From positions 96,001 to 160,000 of the forward strand of contig CAXXYE010000004.1 of the NCBI GenBank assembly GCA_963674865.2: a stretch of DNA of 64,000 nucleotides, given 5' to 3'. Shown one piece after another: positions 57,032-64,000 of the stretch. A program made the position numbers and the translations under genes. A model generated the notes under the pieces. It made no database searches. It worked only from the letters and a program-made list of their open reading frames with translations, and had not been told where the DNA came from. Position 1 is the stretch's first letter. Every line of letters starts with the position of its first letter. Source of the DNA: Candidatus Hydrogenedentota bacterium (lineage in GTDB: Bacteria > Hydrogenedentota > Hydrogenedentia > Hydrogenedentales > SLHB01).

Positions 57032-58372
57032 ATGCCGAAGAGGTTTCCGAACATTGTTATTTTTGCCATTGACAGCATTCGCCGGGACCACATGAGCTGC
57101 TATGGCTACCCGCGGCTGACGACGCCGTACTTCGACGATCTGGCCCGGCAGGGCGTACTGATCGAGAACGCGTTTAGTCCGTATATTCCGACGACGCCCG
57201 CCTATTCCACCATACTGACGGGGCGGGACGTCATCGCTACGGGGCAGCCGTCGCTGCGTCCGCAGGGGCCGCTGGACAAGAGCCAGCCTACCCTTCCGGA
57301 GATCTTGCGCCGGGCCGGTTACAACACGACGTGCGTGGGATTTGGAGGGGATTTCTATCGTGGTTTCAACAAGTACCTGAATTTCGAGGGGTGGGTGTCT
57401 TGGGAGGATCGTCCCGCGCGGAAGGCGGAGAATCTGAATGCGGTGACGCTCCCGGAGTTGGAGCGGCTGTCCAGGTCGAAGAAACCGTTCATGCTCTTCT
57501 TGAGGCACATGGATCCGCACTCGCCTTACCTTCCCCCTGCTCCCTATGACACGATGTTCTATTCCAAGGATCCATGCGATAAGAAGAACAAGAGCATGAA
57601 GCCGGTGTTCGATTTCAAGCCGTTCGCCGATTTCCTCGCGTCATGGATGCCGCCGGGATGTACGGATAAGGACTATGTGATCGCCCAGTATGACGGGGAA
57701 TTGGCGTACATGGACGCGTGCTGCCGGCGCCTCATCACACGAATCGAGGAATTGGGCATCGCGGAGGACACGTTGATCGTGATCACCGGCGATCACGGCG
57801 AGACGCTCTACGATCATGGAATCTACTTCGACCACCACGGCCTTTACGAGTGCACGCTCGTGGTTCCGCTCATCTACTACTGGCCGGGGCGTGTGCCGGC
57901 GGGTGTGCGCAGTAAGGCGTATTCATTGCACGAGGACATGATCCCGACGCTTCTTGATCTGTGCAAGCTGAAGCGTTTCGCGAAGGGGGTGAAGTTTGAT
58001 GGGAAGTCCCATGTGCCGTTTTTCACGGATACGGAGGCAACGCATCGGACGGAGTTCTACATCAGCGAGTGCACCTGGATGCGGAAGCATGGCTGGCGGA
58101 CGCCGGTATGGAAATTCTGGGAGGCGCTTGAGCCGGATTTCCACAACAAGCCGCCCGTCGAGTTGTACAATCTTCTCGAAGATCCGGAGGAGTCGTGCAA
58201 TCTCGCGGACAAGGAGCCGAAGATTGTCGAGGTGCTGCGCGAACGCATGAACCGATGGCTCAAGCGCCGTGAGCGGCAGACGGGCAAGAAGAACGCCATC
58301 CACGCCTACCATATAGGGACGGACGCGCGCATCGGCTCCATTGCGACGGCAAAGAAGCTTCAGGCGCGATAG
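57032..58372 (+). CDS. Sulfatase-like hydrolase (alkaline phosphatase superfamily), non-canonical nucleophile motif
   Basis: PNIVIFAIDSIRRDH, DPHSPY, YDGELAYMD, GDHGE, DHHGLY, ELYNL..DPEE. Confidence 0.85.
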   Translation: MPKRFPNIVIFAIDSIRRDHMSCYGYPRLTTPYFDDLARQGVLIENAFSPYIPTTPAYSTILTGRDVIATGQPSLRPQGPLDKSQPTLPEILRRAGYNTTCVGFGGDFYRGFNKYLNFEGWVSWEDRPARKAENLNAVTLPELERLSRSKKPFMLFLRHMDPHSPYLPPAPYDTMFYSKDPCDKKNKSMKPVFDFKPFADFLASWMPPGCTDKDYVIAQYDGELAYMDACCRRLITRIEELGIAEDTLIVITGDHGETLYDHGIYFDHHGLYECTLVVPLIYYWPGRVPAGVRSKAYSLHEDMIPTLLDLCKLKRFAKGVKFDGKSHVPFFTDTEATHRTEFYISECTWMRKHGWRTPVWKFWEALEPDFHNKPPVELYNLLEDPEESCNLADKEPKIVEVLRERMNRWLKRRERQTGKKNAIHAYHIGTDARIGSIATAKKLQAR

Positions 58373-58387
58373 AAAAACCGATTATCT

Positions 58388-58425
58388 GGGGGCCTGCTTC
58401 CGCCATGGGAGGAGGTCCCCTTTTT
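58388..58425 (+). terminator. Candidate intrinsic terminator
   Basis: Imperfect GC-rich stem GGGGGCCTGCTTCC...GGGAGGAGGTCCCC followed by TTTTT, just after the sulfatase-like stop. Confidence 0.55.
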
Positions 58426-58576
58426 CATAACTGGCGCCGGACAAGGAGAGGCCCGCCCTGAAAGGTCTTGTCTACGCCCGGTACTAGATTCTTGCCCCGG
58501 CTGTGCGGACTATTGAGAAAGCGTGGCTCCCGTACGTGAGAGAGGCGGTATTTCGTGGCGTGGGAGTTGCAGGAGG

Positions 58577-61279
58577 CTAGGGGGCGTCCAGGACGGCCGC
58601 GATGACGAGTTGGATGTCGAGGGCGTCCACGGCGTCGGAATCGTCGACATCGAGGACGTTTTCGGGCACGGGGACGGAAAAGCCGAGAACGCCGTTCACG
58701 ACAAGTTGCACGTCTTGTGAGTTCACCTCGCCGTCGATGTTCGTATCGCCGAAGAGCTGCGACTCAGGGAAAGAGTCGCCTTTGGTGGGATCGCTGCCGC
58801 GATCGACTTCGAATCCGTCCCAAAAGCCGTTGTCGTCCGTGTCGACGTCATAGGGATCAGAGTCATAGGTGCCGGCTTCATCCTCATCGGAAACGCCGTC
58901 ATTGTCCGAATCTTCATCAAGGTAGTTGGGAATGCCGTCGCCGTCAGGGTCGCCGGTTCCTTCGGTTTCATCAGGAATGCCGTCGTCGTCGGAGTCGTCA
59001 TCGAGGTAGTTGGGCTTGGTATCTCCGTCCGGATCGCCGGTGCCTTCCGTTTCATCCGAGATGCCGTCACCGTCGGCGTCAACGTCCAGGAAGTTGGGCG
59101 TGGTGTCTCCGTCCGGATCGCCGGCTCCTTCGGTTTCATCAGGAATGCCGTCGTCGTCGGAGTCGTCATCAAGATAGTTGGGGATACCGTCGCTGTCCGT
59201 GTCTACGCTTCCCTCAATCTCATCCGAAATCCCGTCATCATCGGAATCGTCGTCGATATAGTTGGGCGTTCCGTCGCCGTCGGAATCCACGGCGCCTTCG
59301 GTTTCGTCAGGAATGCCGTCATCATCGGAGTCTTCGTCGATATAGTTGGGCGTTCCGTCGCCGTCGGAATCCACGGCGCCTTCGGTCTCGTCTGGAATGC
59401 CGTCATCATCGGAATCGTCGTCAACGTAGTTGGATGCGCCGTCACCGTCGGTGTCCACGGTGCCTTCGGTGGCATCAGGAATGCCGTCATCGTCGGAGTC
59501 TTCATCGAGGTAGTCGGGCGTTCCGTCGCCATCCGTGTCCCCGTCTCCCTCCGTGATATCCGGGATCCCGTCGTTGTCGGAGTCCTCCGGAGCGAGCCAG
59601 CCTTGGACGATGGGGAAGGTTACATCGAAGCGGCCGAAATAGTCGGGCTCGTCGGTGGCGCTACAGCTTGCGAGGCCGCCCCAGAGCTGGCCGATAATCT
59701 GTTGCGTGCTCTCGATCATGAGCGGACTTCCCGACGAGCCGCCCTCGGTGGTGCCGTCGCTCCAGAGCACCTCGTGAAATCGCGTGATGGGCTTGAGCCG
59801 CACGCCGTAGAAGGGACTACCGTCGTCGGTGATGGCGCCGAAGGAGATCCGCTTGAAATCGCCGCTGGGGTGATGGATACATACGACATCATTGCCCACC
59901 GCCGCGGCGTCGGAGGTCCAGCCGACGTACGTCGGGCCCGACGGCGGGTCATTCCGCAAGCGAAGGAAGGCGAAATCCGAGCCACTCGACTCGCTCGCGC
60001 CGGCGAGGAAATCGGCGCCGCCGGTGGTTCGCGGCACGGTGGTGGGAGAGGGCGCCGAGCCTCCGCAGGAGGTGGTCTGATAAAGCCAGTAGACCTCGAT
60101 GTTCGAGGCGCCGTACGTGCCGCTCTGGCCCGAAACACAGTGATAGGCGGTGAGAAAGTAGGGGATGTCCGTCTCCGGGCTGCTATCGGCGAGGAGCGTA
60201 CCGGTACACCAGAGAGAGCCGTCGGCGCCGATGGAGCCGATGCCGCCGATGCCTTTGGCGGTTGTGCTCCAGTCGGTATAGCACGAGACGTCCAGGTTGC
60301 AGGAACCTGCCGATTTCTGCCACTGAAGCGTGGCGAGATCGACGTAGACGTGGGAAATCTTGTCGATGATCAGCACGAAATCGCTTACGTCTACACCGGG
60401 CTCAGCGGCGCACTCGACCACCACCTTTTCAGCGAAGCAGGTGGGACTCCAGAAGTCGGCCTCGCCTTCATAGGGGCGGTTGTAGGGACCATAGGCTTCG
60501 CCGGGGGCGTTGGCGTTGTAGACAACGACCTGGCCGCCGTCGGGCACGTCGAGCGCGGAGAAGTGAATCCGTTGTCCGACGGCGTCCGGTGAATGGATCT
60601 CGATGGCCCACACAGCGCCGCCATCTGGTAGCGATTCCCACGCGGCATCTTGCTGGATGTCGATGGCAGGCGAAAGCTCGCGAAAGGCGCCAATGCGCCT
60701 CGGGCCCTTCGAGAGAGCGGCTTCGGCGGCGTCCTCAGCTTCGAGCTGGGCCAGATCGAGGGCGGGAAGGCTCACGGCATTAGCCAGGGGGATGCCGTGG
60801 ATTACGCCCACAGGAGTCGGCGGGGCGTGCATTGCCTTATTGAGGGCCCGCGCCGTCTCGCCCCATTGCTCAACGGGGCGCAGTTGCCAGTTCTTGGGGC
60901 GAACGCCCATCGCGTCCAGGTCCTGATCGGCGAGCAGAATGCCATCGGCGTCGCGGTAGAGATCGAAAGGCTCACCTCCGTCCGCCGGCCCGATGTGGAA
61001 GCCCGTGACAAACTTTCCAGGCTGCCCGGGGAGGGCCTCCTCCCACGCGATGAGCACGGCGAACTCGTCGGCGGGAAATCCCTGAGTCTCGAGATATTCG
61101 GCGGCGTCCGGGAACTTCGGGGCGCCGTCTCCGCACTCGAGACATTTGTCAGGAGCGGCGGCTCCGTGTGCGGCCAGAATGAGTGTTACGACGAGAAGAA
61201 GTCGAGATGGTGCGCCCGTCGTCCGAGTGGTTAACAAATGTGTTCGACCTCCGTGATTCTTCGCCCGATCCGTTACCAC
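58577..61279 (-). CDS. Secreted S1 serine protease (lysyl-endopeptidase-like) with Asp-rich Ca-binding repeats and dockerin-like C-terminus (start uncertain)
   Basis: Triad LTAYHC / SDFAFLRL / [21 protein letters not shown]-terminal [26 protein letters not shown]. Confidence 0.88.
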   Translation of the reverse strand: MVTDRAKNHGGRTHLLTTRTTGAPSRLLLVVTLILAAHGAAAPDKCLECGDGAPKFPDAAEYLETQGFPADEFAVLIAWEEALPGQPGKFVTGFHIGPADGGEPFDLYRDADGILLADQDLDAMGVRPKNWQLRPVEQWGETARALNKAMHAPPTPVGVIHGIPLANAVSLPALDLAQLEAEDAAEAALSKGPRRIGAFRELSPAIDIQQDAAWESLPDGGAVWAIEIHSPDAVGQRIHFSALDVPDGGQVVVYNANAPGEAYGPYNRPYEGEADFWSPTCFAEKVVVECAAEPGVDVSDFVLIIDKISHVYVDLATLQWQKSAGSCNLDVSCYTDWSTTAKGIGGIGSIGADGSLWCTGTLLADSSPETDIPYFLTAYHCVSGQSGTYGASNIEVYWLYQTTSCGGSAPSPTTVPRTTGGADFLAGASESSGSDFAFLRLRNDPPSGPTYVGWTSDAAAVGNDVVCIHHPSGDFKRISFGAITDDGSPFYGVRLKPITRFHEVLWSDGTTEGGSSGSPLMIESTQQIIGQLWGGLASCSATDEPDYFGRFDVTFPIVQGWLAPEDSDNDGIPDITEGDGDTDGDGTPDYLDEDSDDDGIPDATEGTVDTDGDGASNYVDDDSDDDGIPDETEGAVDSDGDGTPNYIDEDSDDDGIPDETEGAVDSDGDGTPNYIDDDSDDDGISDEIEGSVDTDSDGIPNYLDDDSDDDGIPDETEGAGDPDGDTTPNFLDVDADGDGISDETEGTGDPDGDTKPNYLDDDSDDDGIPDETEGTGDPDGDGIPNYLDEDSDNDGVSDEDEAGTYDSDPYDVDTDDNGFWDGFEVDRGSDPTKGDSFPESQLFGDTNIDGEVNSQDVQLVVNGVLGFSVPVPENVLDVDDSDAVDALDIQLVIAAVLDAP
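58870..59584 (-). repeat. Intragenic 84-bp (28-aa) thrombospondin-type-3-like tandem repeats, about 8 copies
   Basis: Repeated [26 protein letters not shown]. Confidence 0.9.
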
Positions 61280-61655
61280 GCACCTTAGACGGTTCTTCGG
61301 GAGCCGTTTGGCCCTGCTTTACGAGGCGTGAAGCGTCCCAGCCTTGAACCATGACACCGCGCATGCTAATCTCACGACCCCACTAGGCTTTACCGATGAG
61401 CGCGCCGAATGTGTCGCATCATTTTACCCGACGTGTAAGGCCAAAAGACAACTGGGCACGGCTTGCCTGGTGGCCGGGACGCCCCGTGTTCCGCGCTCCA
61501 AGTCATTGGAGGCAAGAGCACTAAGGCAATAGAGGGCCTCATCTGCCTGGAGAATGTGTTTCAGAGGATGGGGCCGATTCGGAGCGCAGTATGCGCGGCG
61601 CCATCGAGTTATCCGGCCGTGGAGCTGAACCAGCAAGGGAAAGGACCTGTTTCGT

Positions 61656-62486
61656 ATGCAAGTATCTGATATGTTTGCGCTTAAGGATAAGGTGGCAGTC
61701 GTCACCGGCGGTGGCGGCGTGCTTGGCGGAGCGATTGCAGAAGGCTTCGGCGCGGCCGGGGCAACCGTGGCTGTGGCGGATCTGCTCCCGGATATGGCGG
61801 AGGCGGTGGCCAAGCGCCTGACGGACGCGGGCGGCAAGGCGAAGGGCTACGAAATGAACGCCATGGAGAAGGAATCCATCGAGGCGTGCTGTGAGGCCGT
61901 CTATGCGGATTTCGGCCGGGTGGACATCCTGGTGAATGCCGTCGGAGGGAACATGAAGGCGGCGACGACTTCGGCGGAGCAGAGCTTCTTCGATCTGCCT
62001 TCGGATGCCATCAGCAAGGTGGTCGGCCTGAACCTCCTGGGCGGCGCGATTGTGCCTTCGCAGGTGTTCGGAGCGCGCATGAAGGATAATCCGGACGGCG
62101 GGTCGATCATCAACATCTCGTCGATGAACGCGATACGTCCGCTGACGCGCATCCCGGGATACAGCGCGGCCAAGGCGGCCGTCAGCAATTTCACACAGTG
62201 GCTTGCGGTGCACTTTGCGCAGGAGTACACCACGAAGCTGCGCGTGAACGCCATCGCGCCAGGCTTCTTCCTTACTGAGCAGAACCGCTTCTTGTTGACG
62301 GAGCGGGAGACGGGCGAGCTGACGGATCGTGGACAGACAATCATTGGGCACACGCCGATGGGGGCGTTTGGCAAGCCGGAGGACCTCATCGGGGCGGCGC
62401 TTTGGCTGGCTTCGGACGCGTCGCGCTTCGTAACGGGCATCATCGTACCTATTGACGGTGGATTTTCGGCGTTTTCAGGCGTCTAA
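61656..62486 (+). CDS. SDR oxidoreductase, D-mannonate oxidoreductase-like
   Basis: TGGGGVLG, NISSMNA.RPLTRIPGYSAAK, FTQWLAVH, IAPGFFLTEQNR, DGGFSAFSGV. Confidence 0.85.
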   Translation: MQVSDMFALKDKVAVVTGGGGVLGGAIAEGFGAAGATVAVADLLPDMAEAVAKRLTDAGGKAKGYEMNAMEKESIEACCEAVYADFGRVDILVNAVGGNMKAATTSAEQSFFDLPSDAISKVVGLNLLGGAIVPSQVFGARMKDNPDGGSIINISSMNAIRPLTRIPGYSAAKAAVSNFTQWLAVHFAQEYTTKLRVNAIAPGFFLTEQNRFLLTERETGELTDRGQTIIGHTPMGAFGKPEDLIGAALWLASDASRFVTGIIVPIDGGFSAFSGV

Positions 62487-62502
62487 GGGAAGGATATCGA
62501 GC

Positions 62503-63393
62503 ATGAGTGATCCGGTAGCTGCACTGAAGAATCATCAACCTACGAAGGATTTCCTGATTGCCATCGACTCGGACGGCTGCGCCTTCGACACGATGGAGAT
62601 CAAGCACAAGGAATGCTTCATTCCCAACATCATCAAACACTGGCACTTGCAGTCCGTGTCGAAGTACGCGCGTGCGGCGGCCGAGTTTGTGAACCTTTAC
62701 TCTAAGTGGCGCGGCGTGAACCGCTTTCCTGCGCTCATTATGACGTTCGATCTACTGGACGAGTGGGATAAGGTTGCCGAGCGCAACTTCAAGTCGCCCG
62801 ATGTGCCCGAACTGCGAAAGTGGATCGAGACGGAGTCGAAACTGGGCAATCCGGCTTTGGAGGCTTACTGCCAAACGCATGACGAAGCGGTGATGCACCA
62901 GGCGCTGGCATGGAGCAAGGCCGTGAACGAGACGGTGGCCGATATTGTCCAGGGCGGGCTTCCGCCGTTTCCGTATGTGCGCGAGTCGCTTCAGAAGGCC
63001 CAATCGAAGGCGGACATGCTGGTGTGCTCCCAGACGCCCACCGAGGCGTTGACTCGTGAATGGGAGGAGCAGGATCTGGCGCAGTACGTGTTCGCCATCG
63101 CCGGGCAGGAGATGGGCAAGAAGTCGGAGCACATCGCGTTCGCATCCGAAGGCCGCTATGAGAAGAGCAATATGCTCATGATCGGCGATGCGCCGGGCGA
63201 TATGAAGGCCGCGCGCGCCAATGGGGCGCTCTTTTTCCCCATCAATCCGGGCGATGAGGACAAATCCTGGAAGCGGCTGTATGAAGAGGGACTGGACAAG
63301 TTCTTTGCGGGCGAGTACGCGGGCGATTATGAGGCGTCGCTGATTGCCGAGTTCGATGCGTATTTGCCTGAGACGCCGCCCTGGAAGAAGTAG
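62503..63393 (+). CDS. HAD-superfamily hydrolase
   Basis: IDSDGCAFD motif I, LMIGDAPGD motif IV; ATG at 62503 after GGAAGG. Confidence 0.85.
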   Translation: MSDPVAALKNHQPTKDFLIAIDSDGCAFDTMEIKHKECFIPNIIKHWHLQSVSKYARAAAEFVNLYSKWRGVNRFPALIMTFDLLDEWDKVAERNFKSPDVPELRKWIETESKLGNPALEAYCQTHDEAVMHQALAWSKAVNETVADIVQGGLPPFPYVRESLQKAQSKADMLVCSQTPTEALTREWEEQDLAQYVFAIAGQEMGKKSEHIAFASEGRYEKSNMLMIGDAPGDMKAARANGALFFPINPGDEDKSWKRLYEEGLDKFFAGEYAGDYEASLIAEFDAYLPETPPWKK

Positions 63394-63422
63394 CGACGGC
63401 CAAAGCGAAGGCCGGAGGCAAG

Positions 63423-64000
63423 ATGAAGATCATCGCCGACGAGAATATCCCGTATGTGCGCGAGGCATTTGGTACGCTTGGCGAGGTAACCACCATGCCC
63501 GGCCGGGCCATGGACGCGGCGGCGTTGAAGGACGCGGATCTGCTGCTCGTGCGTTCCATCACGAAAGTCAACGCGGCACTGCTTGACGGCTCCGCCGTGA
63601 AGTTCGTCGCGACGGCTACCATCGGCGAGGATCACGTGGACAGGGACTACCTCGCGGCGCAAGGAATCACGTTTTCGAGCGCGCCGGGCTGCAACGCGAA
63701 CAGCGTGGGCCAGTACGTCACGGCGGCGCTGCTCGAGCTGGCGGAGCATTTCGAGTTCGACCTCTGGGATATGTCGCTGGGCATCGTCGGCGTGGGCAAC
63801 GTGGGCTCACGCGTGCTGGCGAAGGCATCGGCTCTCGGCCTGCGGTGTGTCTTGAACGATCCGCCGCTGGCGCGCGAGACGGGCGATGCGAAGTATCGGC
63901 CTCTCGAGGAGGCGCTGGCGTGCGATATCGTGACGCTGCATGTTCCTCTAACCAAAGAGGGGCCGGACGCGACGCTTCACTTGGCGAATGAGGAGTTCAT
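63423..64000 (+). CDS. pdxB: Erythronate-4-phosphate dehydrogenase, 3'-truncated (absent from the ORF track)
   Basis: My translation: MKIIADENIPY...LLVRSITKVN...TATIGEDHVD...SAPGCNANSV...GVGNVG...NDPP...TLHVPLT. Confidence 0.92.
   Translation, partial: MKIIADENIPYVREAFGTLGEVTTMPGRAMDAAALKDADLLLVRSITKVNAALLDGSAVKFVATATIGEDHVDRDYLAAQGITFSSAPGCNANSVGQYVTAALLELAEHFEFDLWDMSLGIVGVGNVGSRVLAKASALGLRCVLNDPPLARETGDAKYRPLEEALACDIVTLHVPLTKEGPDATLHLANEEF

Noticed and set aside
58870..59584. 84-bp nucleotide repeats as a non-coding array
   Set aside because: In-frame protein repeats with mostly synonymous or conservative variation
61454..61492. Imperfect hairpin GGGCACGG...CCGTGTTC as another REP
   Set aside because: Single weak copy with no match elsewhere in the window
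1..64000. tRNA, rRNA, riboswitch or prophage
   Set aside because: None recognised by eye; an Infernal or tRNAscan run would be needed to exclude small RNAs

Overview
GC-rich chromosomal window from a diderm, flagellated bacterium rich in carbohydrate-active enzymes. LptD, FlgL, a PilT/PilU ATPase and a dockerin-tailed secreted protease are consistent with a lineage such as Ca. Hydrogenedentota (inference only). It holds about 40 CDS, mostly sugar catabolism (GH51, GH95, two GH130, GH129-like, three Gfo/Idh/MocA, PfkB, SDR, a sulfatase-like protein), plus housekeeping genes (cca, hsp20-lon, pdxB, PPIase) and two histidine kinases. The most unusual locus is 10.8-17.1 kb. A YprA/MrfA helicase and YprB/MrfB exonuclease pair is split by a ~2.6-kb insert. 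The insert carries a lower-GC YaaC-like gene and a solo HUH/Y1 TnpA bracketed by ~93-bp triple-hairpin REP-like units, which extend into a 210-213-bp-period tandem array. A second, unrelated ~52-bp two-hairpin element with compensatory base changes occurs twice (27.3 and 50.9 kb). I saw no rRNA, tRNA or CRISPR. All family calls come from motif recognition by eye, not database searches.
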